A stretch of DNA of 44,572 nucleotides from Candidatus Lindowbacteria bacterium RIFCSPLOWO2_12_FULL_62_27 (GTDB lineage: Bacteria; Lindowbacteria; 2-12-FULL-62-27). Shown one piece after another: positions 11,539 through 23,416 of this stretch (its first letter is position 1; the number at the start of each line of letters is the position of its first letter). The notes beneath the pieces are model-generated. The model worked only from the letters and a program-made list of their open reading frames with translations, ran no database searches and was not told the origin of the DNA. The position numbers and the translations under genes were made by a program. Location of the stretch: contig MFPR01000027.1 in the NCBI GenBank assembly GCA_001784175.1, positions 579-45,150 of the forward strand. The letters run 5' to 3'.

Positions 11539-14325
11539 TCAGCGCAGGCGCTCGACGACGCGCGGGGCGCGGTCGGCCGCGACCGGGGATTTTTTCCGGA
11601 TGTATTCGATGAGGGCTTCGCGGACGGATTTGCCGTCGTCGTCCCTTTGGGTGGCAAGCGCGGTTTTGGGATAGCCGGCACGTTTTTCGGCGAAATAGGA
11701 CGGCATCGCGACGCGGTAGACGGCGTCCTTGGAGAAAACTTTTCCCGCGCCCAAATTGACCGTGACCTCCAGCGATTTCGGGCCGCTGTCGACTTCCAGA
11801 AACATGCCGGACGGGTAGGTGAACTTGCCGGCCGCGAACGCGTCTTTCAGGAAACCCTGCATATCCGCGCCCTTGAGATGGAGGACAATGAGATCGTTGT
11901 CGAAGGGCAGGATGTGCTCGATGAGTTCCTTGTTGACCGGGCCCGCCGGGAGATTGCCGCGGAGTCCCAGCGTGTTGTGGACGGCGACGTCCGCGCCGCT
12001 GACCGAACGCATCGCGTCCGTCACGAGATTGCCGAGGCCATTGGTGGCCCACGGATAGGTCCAATACAGATTGTCCGCGGCGACGCCGTACGTTTCGGCG
12101 CGCTCGTTTCCGAGCAACACGTCGTACTCGACGAGACCCGCGCCGATTCCACCGGAATAGAATTGCGCTTTCAACACGCCCCGCCAGTCATGCGCCAGAA
12201 ACGTGAGCGACGAATGCGCCGGCGTGCGCACGTACATCCACTGTCCGCCCCAGGGGGACGTGGGGAAGGTGTCGATGAGGAGGGTCTGAAGCATCTGTTT
12301 GATGGAGGGCTGGTCCTCGAAATTGGCGATCCGGAGTTTCGCGCGGACTTCCGTCAGCCATTCGACGGCGGCCTTGCCGGATTCGGTTTGCGCCGTGAAG
12401 AGGTCGCCCATGACGCCGCCCCAGTCCCGGACCGGGATGCTGGCCGGCATTCCGGCGATGTCGCCGACGACCCGGCGGACTTCGACGAACTCCGGCGGCG
12501 GTCCGGCCGGATTGAGGCTGATGACCTGGACATGGTCGTAGGCCGAGACGCGGCGGCTCGAGAAGACGTTGCCGACCGCGAACCGGACCGAGAGGTCGTA
12601 GGTCTCGCCGGTTTCGATTCCCTCGCCGTGAATGACGAGGTCGCCGCGCCGCAATTTGATCGTTTCGTATCCTTTCGCGCCGTGAGTCGTGATGCTGGCC
12701 TCCTCGATTTTCCGGAGGTAGGTCGCGTGCAGGTGTTCGGGCGCCGGCGCGAACGGCGAGACGGTGAGCGTTTCGCCCGCGACGGCGCCGACCGCCCACA
12801 GTCCGCCCACGCGCGCGGCCCAGAAGACCTCGTGAATCCCGATCTCCCACTCCGCCGGCACTCGCCATTTGCCGTCCGCGAACATCTGCCCGGCCGCCGG
12901 CTTAACTTCCGGACGCCACACGACCATTTTGCCGCTCGGCTGTTCGACGAGGCCGACGATGTCGTCGACCGGCCGGCGGAACGAGAGCTTCAACGATTCG
13001 TTGGGCATGGCCGCGAAAAGATCGCCGCGATCGCTCCTCTGAAAGTCGTCCATGTCCGGCCAGTCGATGACGAGGAACTGGAACGGCTCCGAAACGGCGT
13101 CGACCACTTTGAGCGTCACCTGGGCGCTTCCCCGGGACAATTCCGCCGGCACTTTGAACATCAGCAGGTCCTGGATCCATCCCTGCCAGGCCTGAACGCT
13201 TCGATCCACCGGCCATTCCTGTCCGGCCTGGGAGAAAACGGCGGTGACGGTCCACTCCTGTATCTTCGCTTTGTCCTTTTCCGTCACATGCACCGCCTGG
13301 TTGCGGCCCGCCTGAAGGCCGACGGAATTAATCTGCATCCAGCCGCCCGGAACCGCGCGGTCGGGAGAAACGGACTGGATCCGGGCCGGCGCCGGGGTTG
13401 AGGTGATCCGGATATCGAACTGTCCGAGTTTGGGCACGACGATGCCGGCGCCGCCCGGATGGAGTTCCGGCGGCACGCCAAGCACGGCGGACCCGCGATA
13501 CAATCCGCTGCTTCTGTCTTTGTGCCCCATGGCGCGGCGATGCACCACCGGGAAGGTTTTCCGATCCTGGACGAACGTCACACCCCGCCAGTTCGGTTCG
13601 ACCGGACCGCCGCCCTCGAAAAGAATTTCCTGGCCCGGCGCCGCTTCCGGACTTCGTAATACCCACGAATCAATCTGCCGGTCGCGCCGGACGCGCGTCA
13701 TGGTTTCACGGATGACCGGTTGAAGAAGCTGGAGGATGGAGCGCTGCGTGTCGTCCACGGGCTCGAAGGGGATTCTGAATCCCGCCTCGCGAAACGGCGG
13801 GACCGACGATTGCCACCAGCGCGTCACCAGCCGCTCGACCACGAGCGGATTTTGCATGAGTTCCAGAAGGCGCGCCGCAGGTTTTTCGGCGCCGCGATCC
13901 AACTCGTTGAGGCAGACGACTTCGAGGAACCGCCGTTCCCCCTCATCGAATGTCTGCCCCGCCCGATTCGTCGCCTGCATGGCTTCCTCAAATCTGTTGG
14001 CCTGCATGAGGAGCGCCACGAGATGCCGCCAGCCATCGGAATGCGGCGGGATCGGCAGTTTTTCCACGGGTTGCTCCTCGTCCAGAATTTGCAGGAGGGA
14101 CTGATAGGCCCACGTCCGCACGGCGAGTTTCGCGTACGCGGCCGACGAAACCTCCTCGTCCTGCCGGGCCAGCGTGAGGAGCGTCTCGTAGATGCGCGCG
14201 CCGAGCCGGGCGAGATCCTTGTCGGAGTATTGAGACGTTCGAATGCGGGCCGCCGCCGGCGCGGAAAGGGCAAAGACGCCGACTGCGATCACGAACATGC
14301 GAAGCAGACGGCGGCGGATCACCAT
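11539..14325 (-). CDS. secreted 928-aa protein with a C-terminal 5'-nucleotidase-like substrate-binding domain
   Basis: N-terminal signal peptide. The C-terminal ~250 aa (…[22 protein letters not shown]…[16 protein letters not shown]…[10 protein letters not shown]…) resemble the 5'-nucleotidase C-terminal domain. Confidence 0.7.
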   Translation of the reverse strand: MVIRRRLLRMFVIAVGVFALSAPAAARIRTSQYSDKDLARLGARIYETLLTLARQDEEVSSAAYAKLAVRTWAYQSLLQILDEEQPVEKLPIPPHSDGWRHLVALLMQANRFEEAMQATNRAGQTFDEGERRFLEVVCLNELDRGAEKPAARLLELMQNPLVVERLVTRWWQSSVPPFREAGFRIPFEPVDDTQRSILQLLQPVIRETMTRVRRDRQIDSWVLRSPEAAPGQEILFEGGGPVEPNWRGVTFVQDRKTFPVVHRRAMGHKDRSSGLYRGSAVLGVPPELHPGGAGIVVPKLGQFDIRITSTPAPARIQSVSPDRAVPGGWMQINSVGLQAGRNQAVHVTEKDKAKIQEWTVTAVFSQAGQEWPVDRSVQAWQGWIQDLLMFKVPAELSRGSAQVTLKVVDAVSEPFQFLVIDWPDMDDFQRSDRGDLFAAMPNESLKLSFRRPVDDIVGLVEQPSGKMVVWRPEVKPAAGQMFADGKWRVPAEWEIGIHEVFWAARVGGLWAVGAVAGETLTVSPFAPAPEHLHATYLRKIEEASITTHGAKGYETIKLRRGDLVIHGEGIETGETYDLSVRFAVGNVFSSRRVSAYDHVQVISLNPAGPPPEFVEVRRVVGDIAGMPASIPVRDWGGVMGDLFTAQTESGKAAVEWLTEVRAKLRIANFEDQPSIKQMLQTLLIDTFPTSPWGGQWMYVRTPAHSSLTFLAHDWRGVLKAQFYSGGIGAGLVEYDVLLGNERAETYGVAADNLYWTYPWATNGLGNLVTDAMRSVSGADVAVHNTLGLRGNLPAGPVNKELIEHILPFDNDLIVLHLKGADMQGFLKDAFAAGKFTYPSGMFLEVDSGPKSLEVTVNLGAGKVFSKDAVYRVAMPSYFAEKRAGYPKTALATQRDDDGKSVREALIEYIRKKSPVAADRAPRVVERLR

Positions 14326-16376
14326 TTCAAAGGCTTGACATCAGACACTTGTTTGAGAAGCTCCGCGGGGTCGCCCGTCGGATTCTTGCACAGGCCTCTT
14401 TCGCAGACATACGCGTGCGGGCCAGCCGTTTTCCCCTCGAGCAGCAACAGCCTGCCCGCCGGGGTTTTCCCGTCCGACACAGCCACCACCTTGTTCGGCA
14501 AAAACGCGCGGCGGACCGTTTTGAGCATCTCCTGGACTTTCGAATCGCCGGCGCCGCCCACGATCGCGATTTCCTTCGACCGGTCAAGCGCATAATCGAG
14601 CGCGATGAGCATCTGGGGGCACGCGTCCGGCGCGCGGTCCAGCCAGCCGGCCGCCGCGCGCAGAATCCGCTCCGCGCGCGACCGGCCGTCCTGCTCATAG
14701 GTGAAATCGGCGAGCCGCAAGAGGTTCAGGGCCGCGACGGAATTGCCGGAAGGGACAGCCATGTCTTCGAATTCCCTGGACCGAACGAGCAGCGTGGGAT
14801 CTTTTGCGTCATCCAGAAAATACGCGCCGCCCTTTTCATCCCAGAACAACGCGTCCTGCATGGACTGCAGGCCGACCGCCCAGTCCATCCACGCCGGGTC
14901 GAAATCGGACTGGTACAGTTCGATGAGGCCGTGGATGAGAAATGCGTAATCGTCGACAAGCCCCCGATGCGCGGCGGCGCCGTCACGCCAGCGGTGCAGG
15001 AGGCCTCCCTGGGCGTCGGTCATATGGCTGCGAATAAACGTAGCAGCCTTCTGCGCGGCCTTCAAATACTTTTCGTCTCCCAGCGCCTGATGCCCGCGGG
15101 CCATCGCCGCGATCGTGAGGCCGTTCCAGTCGGCCAGGACCTTGTCGTCGAGCCGGGGGCGCTTGCGTTTGGCGCGGGCCCTCAGAAGCTTTTCCTTGAC
15201 GGAACGAAAAACCGGATCGCTGTCGTCCGGGACCGGCGCGGCGTCCGGCACGTGAAAGACGTTGCGGTCGCCTTCGAAATTTCCGTATTTTGATATTTGA
15301 AATATTTTTTCGGCATATTGAAATTCCTCTTTGGAAAGGATGCTCGAAAGCTCATCCCACGTCCACGCGTAATAGTCGCCCTCTTCGCCGAAATCGCCCG
15401 CGTCCTGCGCCGAGTAGAAGCCCCCGGCGGGATCGGCCATCTCGGCCAGCGTCCAGTCCAGCGTCTTCCGCGCGACCGCGGCGAACTCGGGATCGCCCGT
15501 GGCCTGCCATGCTTCCAGCGAGGTGACCGCGATCCCCGCGTTGTCGTAGAGCATCTTCTCAAAATGCGGGATGTCCCATTCCGCGTCGACGCTGTACCGA
15601 TGAAATCCGCCGGCCAGAATATCGTGAATCCCACCGCGCGACATCGCCTTGAGGGTCCGCGTGACCATCCGCAGGGCATCGCCTTCTCCGGACCGCCGGT
15701 GTACGCGGAGGAGGGCCGAGTGGAGGTGCGGGCGCGGGAATTTGTTGCCGCCGCCGAATCCCGCATGGGTTTCGTCAAAATACTCCCGAAGCCGCGTGAA
15801 AAATCCGCCGAACGCTTTTTCGCCGGAGGCGCTGACCCGGCCGGCGTCGCCCGGCGGCGACGACGCATTCAAGGCGCGCGCGAGGTGGTCCGCGATTTCC
15901 TCGCCGCTCCGGCGGATGCGCGCCTCGTCGGTTTTCCATGTTTTGGCGATTTCCTTCAGAAGCGGGATAAAATTATCGTGCGGGATGGTGCTTGCGCCGT
16001 AAAACGGCCGGCCCTCGGGTGTCAGAAACATGGACATCGGCCAGCCGCCGGCGCCCGTCATCGAGACGAGGGCCGTCATGTACACATGGTCGACGTCCGG
16101 GCGCTCTTCGCGGTCGACTTTGATGGAGATGAAATGCGCGTTCAGGACGTCCGCCACATCCTGTTTTTCGAATGAGTCCTTTTCCATGAAATGGCACCAG
16201 TAACAGGAGGAATAGCCGATGGACAGAAAGACCGGCTTGTTCTCGCGCTTCGCCGCCTCAAGCGCCTCCGGACCCCAGGGACGCCACCAGATCGGGTTGT
16301 GGGCGTGCTGCAGGAGATAGGGACTTTTTTCGGCGCCGAGCCGGTTGGAGGTCTCAGCGGTTGCCACGGCCCTCAT
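14319..16376 (-). CDS. thioredoxin-domain protein (DUF255/YyaL-like with an alpha/alpha-toroid C-terminal part)
   Basis: N-terminal segment [52 protein letters not shown] is a DUF255 hallmark. Confidence 0.85.
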   Translation of the reverse strand: MRAVATAETSNRLGAEKSPYLLQHAHNPIWWRPWGPEALEAAKRENKPVFLSIGYSSCYWCHFMEKDSFEKQDVADVLNAHFISIKVDREERPDVDHVYMTALVSMTGAGGWPMSMFLTPEGRPFYGASTIPHDNFIPLLKEIAKTWKTDEARIRRSGEEIADHLARALNASSPPGDAGRVSASGEKAFGGFFTRLREYFDETHAGFGGGNKFPRPHLHSALLRVHRRSGEGDALRMVTRTLKAMSRGGIHDILAGGFHRYSVDAEWDIPHFEKMLYDNAGIAVTSLEAWQATGDPEFAAVARKTLDWTLAEMADPAGGFYSAQDAGDFGEEGDYYAWTWDELSSILSKEEFQYAEKIFQISKYGNFEGDRNVFHVPDAAPVPDDSDPVFRSVKEKLLRARAKRKRPRLDDKVLADWNGLTIAAMARGHQALGDEKYLKAAQKAATFIRSHMTDAQGGLLHRWRDGAAAHRGLVDDYAFLIHGLIELYQSDFDPAWMDWAVGLQSMQDALFWDEKGGAYFLDDAKDPTLLVRSREFEDMAVPSGNSVAALNLLRLADFTYEQDGRSRAERILRAAAGWLDRAPDACPQMLIALDYALDRSKEIAIVGGAGDSKVQEMLKTVRRAFLPNKVVAVSDGKTPAGRLLLLEGKTAGPHAYVCERGLCKNPTGDPAELLKQVSDVKPLKW

Positions 16377-17620
16377 CCCCCGGCGCCTCGAGAATTCGCC
16401 AAGTCCGACAGGACGGCGTCATACTTTCGCCTGAGATCGTTACGCGTCTGCTCGAGGGTGGGCCACATGGGGAATCCGACGAACGCGTGGCGAATCGCGC
16501 CGCCGGCGTCGATGAAATAGGTCGCCGGAAACGCCGTCACGCCGAAGGAACGGAGAATTTTTTTGTCCGGGAGAAGATAGACCGGCACCGTGTATCCGTT
16601 GTCCTCCAGATACGCGCGGACCGTCCGGCCGTCTTCCGGCGTGAGAAGAAAAAACGCGACGCGGCCGCCGTGTTTCCCGTAGAGGTCCTGAAGGACCGGC
16701 CACTCGATGCGGCACGGGCCGCACCACGTGGCCCAGAAATTGATGATCGCCGGCCGGCCGCGAACATCGCTCAACGACACCGCCGACCCATCCAGTTTCC
16801 GCATCGTTCCGGCGGGAACACGCTTTCCAACCAGCCAGCGGTGGTCGGCGCCCAGGGCCAGCATGATCTCGCGGCTCTCCAGCGTATCGGCGCCTTGCGG
16901 AAGAGAAAACGCCGGCAGCGGCGCAGGCGGGGATTTCGAGTAATCCCAGGACAATCGCGCAATCGCGAGCCCGGCGGCGTTCAGCATACGGAGCTCGGAA
17001 ATCCGGCCGGTCCGCCGGGACGCGCGAATCTGCAGAAGATCGGGCGTCAGCGAGTAGACGATTTCCGACCCCGCGCCGGACTGGAGGGTTACCCACGACC
17101 ACAGAAAATTCTGGTAGTCAGCGCCCGGCCGATACGCGCGCCATTCGTCGTCCGGTCCAGACTGCTCCGGAGACGCCGACCCGGACTGCGCGTCCGGGAC
17201 GTAATGGCGATCGATCCCTTTCCGAAGCCGGTCCGGCGGGAGAAACGGAACGCCCAGCGGCCCGAGCGCCAGCCGGAGCCGGTCATATTCGGTGTCCGTC
17301 AAATCCTGCGGCGTCACATGAAACGCCATCTTGCCGATGAGGAGCCATGCGTCGCGTCCCGTCTGACTGAAATCGATCCGAAACTCGTCGTTGGACAAAA
17401 CGTACCGGACCCGGTCGGGGCCGATGGACTCATAGAATCCTTTGAGCGGCTTGTCCGACAGAAATTCATGCTCGAGCGTGACCTCGGCCGTGACCGCCTT
17501 CGGTCCGCTTTCCTTCGCGTCCGACAGGCTGGACGCGTCTCCCCCGCAGGAACCGATCCAGACCGAAAGCGCGGCCGTTGCGAACCCCGCGACCGTCCTC
17601 CGTCGATGGTTCATATTCAA
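16373..17620 (-). CDS. TlpA-like thiol-disulfide oxidoreductase lipoprotein
   Basis: Lipobox near the N-terminus (WIGSCGG). C-terminal redoxin fold with the WCGPC active site ([16 protein letters not shown]). Confidence 0.8.
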   Translation of the reverse strand: MNMNHRRRTVAGFATAALSVWIGSCGGDASSLSDAKESGPKAVTAEVTLEHEFLSDKPLKGFYESIGPDRVRYVLSNDEFRIDFSQTGRDAWLLIGKMAFHVTPQDLTDTEYDRLRLALGPLGVPFLPPDRLRKGIDRHYVPDAQSGSASPEQSGPDDEWRAYRPGADYQNFLWSWVTLQSGAGSEIVYSLTPDLLQIRASRRTGRISELRMLNAAGLAIARLSWDYSKSPPAPLPAFSLPQGADTLESREIMLALGADHRWLVGKRVPAGTMRKLDGSAVSLSDVRGRPAIINFWATWCGPCRIEWPVLQDLYGKHGGRVAFFLLTPEDGRTVRAYLEDNGYTVPVYLLPDKKILRSFGVTAFPATYFIDAGGAIRHAFVGFPMWPTLEQTRNDLRRKYDAVLSDLANSRGAGG

Positions 17621-18876
17621 GAACTGAACGTATACCGCCGGCCGATGGCGGTTTTGACGATATCGGGAACCGTGGGATTGTTGAAGAGTTTTTCCATGAT
17701 GTCCTTCTTGCTTGACATGTCATGGATCAGCCACGCGATGCTGGGCGGCTCGATGGCCGGGCTGGCGGCGACGTCGAGGAGTTCGCCGACCGAGCTGAGT
17801 TTGTGTTTCGTCGCGACCTTGTCGACGTCCTCGAGTCCCGCGACCTGAAACGCGAGGTCTTCCAGGGAGACATCCTCGGACATGTCCGCCGGCGCGTCCA
17901 TCTCGGCCGCCGGGAGGTCGCGGCGTTCGAGGAGGGAGAAGTTCTGGGTATAGAATTCGCCGAGGCGGACCACCGCCGACTCGAGCTGTTCGGGGGACGC
18001 AAAGGAGCCGTACTGGTGCTCGATTTCGGACAGTTCGGTTTCGAGGTGGGACTGCGCGACGGGAATTTTTTCGTGGAGTTCCGCGAGGAATTTCTGCGCA
18101 GCCGTTTTTTCGAATTCGAACTCCCGTTTCAGGATGCTGTCCGTCATCTGCCGGAGCTTGACCTCGAGCGGCTCCCGGGGCGCCGCCGGGCCGACGTAAT
18201 GGACGTCCGATTCGAAATGGAACGTCAGGAGCCGGATGATGAACCGGACGAACTTGTCGAAGAACGACGCGAACTGGTAGTCGATTTCGTCGATGGCGGC
18301 GGCGCACATTTTCCGCCGGGCGTGTTTCTCATCGACCGTCAGCGGCGCTTCGTGGAGGATGGTCAGGGCCTTGTTGAAATTCTTTTTGGCCACGTAATAA
18401 TTGTCGATCACCCCGCGCTCGCCGCGCCTGTACCGGAACACGCCCGTGTTGATGTACGCGTCGGCCGACGCGGCCTTGAGGGCCTCGGCGAAGAACTGGT
18501 CGGCGGCGGAATCGTTTCCCGACTGGTTGTAGACCGCGCCGAGGAACTGGAAATCGTCCGGGATGAGGAAGGTGGTATTGATGTCGTTGATGACGAAGAG
18601 CGGGGTTTCACAGATGAAGTGCAGCGGGTGGCATTCCGGCCGGGACCGGTACTTCTGCCAGATCGGTTTGGTCAGTTTCTCGTATTTATGGATGAGGACG
18701 GCGTCCTTTTCGCCTCTGATGGTCTCCAGGAGCCTCGGCGTCTGGCCTTCCTCAACGACTTTCTTATCGAGATACCACTTCGGCGCCAGGACCACCGACA
18801 GGGTGTCCTTCTTCTTGTCCGGCTCGGCCGAAAGGATCTGCGCAAGTTCCGTACCGACTTCTTCGGGTGTTGCCAT
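17617..18876 (-). CDS. hypothetical protein (419 aa)
   Basis: Long ORF with coding-like composition, translationally coupled to the downstream gene. No recognizable domain. Confidence 0.55.
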   Translation of the reverse strand: MATPEEVGTELAQILSAEPDKKKDTLSVVLAPKWYLDKKVVEEGQTPRLLETIRGEKDAVLIHKYEKLTKPIWQKYRSRPECHPLHFICETPLFVINDINTTFLIPDDFQFLGAVYNQSGNDSAADQFFAEALKAASADAYINTGVFRYRRGERGVIDNYYVAKKNFNKALTILHEAPLTVDEKHARRKMCAAAIDEIDYQFASFFDKFVRFIIRLLTFHFESDVHYVGPAAPREPLEVKLRQMTDSILKREFEFEKTAAQKFLAELHEKIPVAQSHLETELSEIEHQYGSFASPEQLESAVVRLGEFYTQNFSLLERRDLPAAEMDAPADMSEDVSLEDLAFQVAGLEDVDKVATKHKLSSVGELLDVAASPAIEPPSIAWLIHDMSSKKDIMEKLFNNPTVPDIVKTAIGRRYTFSS

Positions 18877-19062
18877 GAGCCCCCAATATTAAAGGAAACG
18901 GCCCAATTCGCAAGGGTCACGGTTTCAGAATCGTCGGCCGCGTGTTAAGAAAATAACCGTGCGGCGGCGGTGTCTAACTGAGGGGTGGTTGTAGGACCGC
19001 CGCCGCACGGATTGCGGATGATTCTGCTTCGCGCCTCCGGAGTCGGATTCCGCGAGGGATAA

Positions 19063-20295
19063 TTATTGACCCTGGGCCCTCCTCAAGAAACTCGGTATTT
19101 CCAGCTCGTCCTCCGACGGACGCTCTTTGGCTCCCTCCACTTGGACCTTCTGGCCGGCCACGACGGCCTGCCGGACGAATTGGGACGGCGCGGCCGGCGC
19201 CGCGGCGGCCTGCGCCGCCTGCGCGGTCGATCGCGCGCCGCTCTGGGCGGTCCGGAGCGCCGCCTGCTGCTGCACGGGCAGGCCGGCGGCGATGAGGACC
19301 ACCTGGATGTGATCGACGAGCGACTGGTCGATGCCGTAGCCGGCGATGATGTTGGTTTTTCCGCCGGCCTCCTCCTGGACGGTGCGGCAGATGGTGCCGA
19401 ACTCGCGCATCTCAAAATCGACGCCGCCCCGGATCCACAAGAGGACCGAGGTCGCGCCGGAGATGGTGAAACTCTCCGTCAACGGATTGCGCATGGCCTG
19501 CGTGACCGCATCGAGCGCGCGGTTCTCGCCCGCGGCCAGCCCGATTCCCATGAGCGCGTCGCCGCGGTCGCACATGACGGTTTTCACGTCCGCGAAGTCG
19601 ACGTTGATGACGCCCTCGTCGACGATGATCGACGATACGCCCTGGACGGCCTGCCGGAGCGTGTCGTCGGCGCGCGCGAACGCGTCATTGATGAAGAGCT
19701 TCTCGGCGGACGCTTCGAGAATCTTGTCGTTGGGGATCGTGATGAGGGTATCGACGTGTTCCTTGAGCTGCTGGATACCCTCTTCCGCGTTCTTGGTCCG
19801 CGCGGGCCCCTCGAACACGAAGGGTTTGGTCACAATTCCGACCGTCAGAATGCCGAGTTCCTTGGAAAGCTCCGCGACCACCGGCGCGGCGCCGGTGCCG
19901 GTGCCGCCGCCCATGCCGGCGGTGATGAAGACCATCTTGGCGCCCTGGAGCGCGTTGAGAATTCCGTCGCGCTCCTCGTTCGCCGCCTTTCTCCCGATTT
20001 CCGGTTTCCCGCCGGCGCCCAGCCCTCCGGTCAGGTTCTGCCCCAGCAGCAACCGGTACCGCGCGCGGCAGTTCCGGAGCACCTGGGAGTCGGTGTTCAT
20101 GGCGACGAACTCCACACCGTTGAGACCAATTTCAATCATGCGATTGACGGCATTGCCGCCGGCCCCGCCGATCCCGAGAACTTTCAGGATCGTCTCGGGC
20201 GCCTCCGGCGACTTCGGCCGAATTTTCAAATCTTCGTGTTCCTCATAATTCACCACGTTTGGGTTCCCTCCTCTTGGTTTTCCCTGCTTGCTCAT
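19063..20295 (-). CDS. ftsZ: cell division GTPase FtsZ
   Basis: Tubulin signature GGGTGTG (AGMGGGTGTGAAPV). 410 aa. Conserved C-terminal peptide. Confidence 0.95.
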   Translation of the reverse strand: MSKQGKPRGGNPNVVNYEEHEDLKIRPKSPEAPETILKVLGIGGAGGNAVNRMIEIGLNGVEFVAMNTDSQVLRNCRARYRLLLGQNLTGGLGAGGKPEIGRKAANEERDGILNALQGAKMVFITAGMGGGTGTGAAPVVAELSKELGILTVGIVTKPFVFEGPARTKNAEEGIQQLKEHVDTLITIPNDKILEASAEKLFINDAFARADDTLRQAVQGVSSIIVDEGVINVDFADVKTVMCDRGDALMGIGLAAGENRALDAVTQAMRNPLTESFTISGATSVLLWIRGGVDFEMREFGTICRTVQEEAGGKTNIIAGYGIDQSLVDHIQVVLIAAGLPVQQQAALRTAQSGARSTAQAAQAAAAPAAPSQFVRQAVVAGQKVQVEGAKERPSEDELEIPSFLRRAQGQ

Positions 20296-20306
20296 CTATT
20301 CTCCTC

Positions 20307-21554
20307 TTAACTCCGGATGAATTCCCGGAACCAGTCCTTCATGCTGCGGGCGACGCTCCGAAACATCGCGCCGTCCAGCAGTTTGGCTCCCGGCGCCATC
20401 TGGCCGGTTTCCCGCGCGTAGATCAGAAGACCCACGGCGGTCGAATATCGCGGGCTGTCCACCATGTCGGCGATGCCTTTGACGCCGGACGGTTTTCCGA
20501 CCCGCGCCGGCATCTGCAGAATCTGTTCGGCCAGCCGGTCCACGCCGGGCGTGGCGGCGACGCCGCCGGTGAGGACGACGCCGCCGGAAATGAGCGGCCC
20601 CAGCCCGGTCTTCTTGATTTCGTTGCCCAGGATGATGAACAGCTCCTCGAGCCTCGGCCCGATGATTTCAACGAGCTTTCGGCGCGGAATCATTTCGGCA
20701 GGTCGGCTGCCCACCGTCGGGACCTCCACCGTCTCGTCCGGCTCGACCATTTCGGCGATGGCCGCGCCGGCTTTGACTTTGACCTTCTCGGCCGCCGCGA
20801 GCGGCGCGCGAAGCCCGACCGAAAGGTCCTTGGTGACGTTTTCGCCTCCGACGAGGATGACGTCGGTATGCCAGAGGTTGCCGTCGATGAAGATCGCGAT
20901 GTCGGTGGTGCCGCCGCCGATGTCGACCAGGATGCAGCCCATGTCCTTTTCGTCGTCGGTCAGCACCGCCAGCGCGGAGGCGAGCGGTTCGAGGACGATG
21001 TCCTCGACGCGGAGACCCGCCTTGTTGACGCTGTGGATGATGTTCTGCGCGCTCGTGACCGCGCCGGTCACGATATGGACCTCCGCCTCCAGCCGGATGC
21101 CGGACATCCCGACCGGGTCGCGGATGCCGTCCTGGCCGTCGACGATGAATTCCCTCGGAATGATATGGATGACCTCGCGGTCGGCGGGAATGGAAACGGC
21201 CTTCGCCGCCTCGATGACGCGGTCGACGTCCTTTTCGGAAATCTCCCGGCCGCCGCCGCACGCGACCACGCCGCGGCTGTTCATGCCCTTGATGTGCCCG
21301 CCCGCGATCGACGTGTAGACGCGGTCAATCTGGACGCCCGACATCAGCTCCGCGTCGCGGAGGGCGCGTTCGATCGACTCGACGGTCTTGTCGACGTTGA
21401 CGACCACGCCCTTGCGGAGGCCGAGCGAGTCGGCCTCGCCGATGCCGTCGACCCGGAGGTCCCCGGTGTCGGAAACGCCTCCGATCACGGCCACGACCTT
21501 GGAGGTGCCGATGTCAAGCCCGCAAATCTTGTTCATGCCCATTCTGGCCTTCAC
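20307..21554 (-). CDS. ftsA: cell division protein FtsA (actin-like ATPase)
   Basis: Begins MNKICGLDIGTSKVVAVIG. Immediately upstream of ftsZ. Confidence 0.9.
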   Translation of the reverse strand: MKARMGMNKICGLDIGTSKVVAVIGGVSDTGDLRVDGIGEADSLGLRKGVVVNVDKTVESIERALRDAELMSGVQIDRVYTSIAGGHIKGMNSRGVVACGGGREISEKDVDRVIEAAKAVSIPADREVIHIIPREFIVDGQDGIRDPVGMSGIRLEAEVHIVTGAVTSAQNIIHSVNKAGLRVEDIVLEPLASALAVLTDDEKDMGCILVDIGGGTTDIAIFIDGNLWHTDVILVGGENVTKDLSVGLRAPLAAAEKVKVKAGAAIAEMVEPDETVEVPTVGSRPAEMIPRRKLVEIIGPRLEELFIILGNEIKKTGLGPLISGGVVLTGGVAATPGVDRLAEQILQMPARVGKPSGVKGIADMVDSPRYSTAVGLLIYARETGQMAPGAKLLDGAMFRSVARSMKDWFREFIRS

Positions 21555-22426
21555 CTGCCTTGCTTTCCGCGTTCCTGCGGCGTCTCCGGTTTGTAGGCGA
21601 TGACGTCCTGCTCAAACCGCACATCTATGTAAGACACCGGCCGCGCGACCTTGAAAAGTATTTTTTGGAGCCGATCGGCCTTGTCCGGAAAATTGACCGG
21701 ATCGGCCTTGACCACCACGCCGGAGAAAAACTCGAGCTCGTAATAATCGGCCCGGACGATCCGCACGGATTTCAGATGAGCCGGAGACGGCAGGGAAAGG
21801 ACCACGCGCAGGAGGCCGGCCCCGGAGGGATGCTCAAAAAGATTCCGGCCCGGCGCGATGGTCGAACCGGCCAGGCCCGTCACTTCCGCGAGCCGCGTCC
21901 GGGACGGATCGTCCGCCGGGTACAGGACGCCCTCGCGATCGACTTCAAGCCTTCCCATGGAAGATCGAATGACGGCCACTCCAGTCCGTTCCACCACTGC
22001 AACGGTCATGACGCCCCTCCCGATGTTTTTCGTAACCGTGACCGACCGGATGGCCGGAATTCGCTGCGTCAAATATTCCGACAGTTCGGCCAGGTCCACC
22101 TCAATTAGATTTTCGGCATTTGCAGTCCGTAACTTGCGGAAAATTTCCGATCGAACCTGTTCCACCGGAACCCGCTTCGATCCGGTCACCTGGACGGAAT
22201 CCCGGGAGGCGGGGATCGTCCCGAACGAATAGGTCACAAAATCGAACAGGATCCAGAGGGCCGGCAGGGCGAGGAGGATGCGTGAAAGGAGCCTGGGCCT
22301 TCTTCTGAACATGTCCGCGACTTTTTTCCACGCCGACTGAAAGGATTGGCGGACCGTGGAACCGCCCGCCGCCTTGCCCCGGCGCCGGGCGGCGAAGACC
22401 TTGGCGATCGTTTCAGGATTTTTCAT
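21551..22426 (-). CDS. ftsQ: cell division protein FtsQ/DivIB-like
   Basis: 291 aa with one N-terminal transmembrane segment. Position between ddl and ftsA. Stop/start overlap with ftsA. Confidence 0.7.
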   Translation of the reverse strand: MKNPETIAKVFAARRRGKAAGGSTVRQSFQSAWKKVADMFRRRPRLLSRILLALPALWILFDFVTYSFGTIPASRDSVQVTGSKRVPVEQVRSEIFRKLRTANAENLIEVDLAELSEYLTQRIPAIRSVTVTKNIGRGVMTVAVVERTGVAVIRSSMGRLEVDREGVLYPADDPSRTRLAEVTGLAGSTIAPGRNLFEHPSGAGLLRVVLSLPSPAHLKSVRIVRADYYELEFFSGVVVKADPVNFPDKADRLQKILFKVARPVSYIDVRFEQDVIAYKPETPQERGKQGR

Positions 22427-23416
22427 CGGCCCGCGCTCCTTTGGCCATGTCGATCAGTTTGCGAATCAGCTCTGGAAATTCGATCCCTGCGGCTTTGGCG
22501 GACATTGGCAGGAGGCTGGTGGCCGTCATGCCGGGGATCGTGTTGATTTCCAGAAAGTACGGTTGTCCATCCGGCGGGATGTTGCGCGGCATGCCGGGCA
22601 GCGGCGGTTTTTCCGTCGCCGACTGCGGCCCGGCCAGCATGACGTCGATCCGGGACATGTGGCGGAGTCCCAGGGCGCCCGCAATCCGCATGGCGTGGCC
22701 GTTCAACGTCTCGCGCAATTCCGCAGAGATGTCCGCCGGGCAGATGTAGTCGGTCATGCCGTTCGTGTATTTCGCGTCGAAATCGAAAAAGCCGGCTTTC
22801 GGCCGGATCTCGATGACCGGCAGAAGTTCGATCGGGCGGCCGAAGACCGGCAGCGTCAGTTCCCGGCCGACGATGCGCTCTTCCACAAGGAGCGGCATGT
22901 TTCGTTTTTCGGCCAGGGCGACGAGGTCCACTGCGGTTTTCACAAATGCGACGCCGACGCTGGACCCTTCCGTCAGAGGTTTGACCACGACCGGAAACGG
23001 CGGCAGAGACCGCTCCGGCGTGGCAAGTTTTTCCTCGAGGTCCGCCGCCGACTCGACCAGCGCCCAGCGCGGCGTCGGAATGGCCAGCGCCTCAAACGCC
23101 CATTTCGTGTAGAGCTTGTTCATGCAAATCGCGCTGGCCGCCACGCCGGACCCCACGTACGGAATGCCGGCCGATTCCAGAAATCCCTGGATGCAGCCGT
23201 CCTCCCCGCCGGGCCCGTGCAGCGCCGGGAACGCGACGTCGGGCCGGAAGGCCATGAGGGCCGCCGGCATGCCGGCGTCCGCGGGATCGAATTTTTCGTA
23301 CGACACGTTCATCGTCTGCAGCACTTCAGCGACCGCCTTTGCGCTCTTAAATGAAATTTCCCTCTCCGCTGATCTTCCACCGGCGAGGAGAGCGATCTTC
23401 AACACGTTCGCGCGGG
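22413..23416 (-). CDS. ddl: D-alanine--D-alanine ligase. Start is probably the GTG near 23416; the annotated ORF runs on to 23564.
   Basis: Conserved N-terminal segment LKIALLAGGRSAEREISFKSA. ATP-grasp motifs. The real start must lie upstream of this conserved segment, which puts it inside the murB 3' end. Confidence 0.8.

Noticed and set aside
19066-21596. Long plus-strand ORFs antisense to ftsZ/ftsA (19066-20310, 20259-21596, 20464-21318)
   Set aside because: They are antisense to strongly supported conserved genes. They are Arg/Pro/Gly-rich high-GC antisense artefacts.
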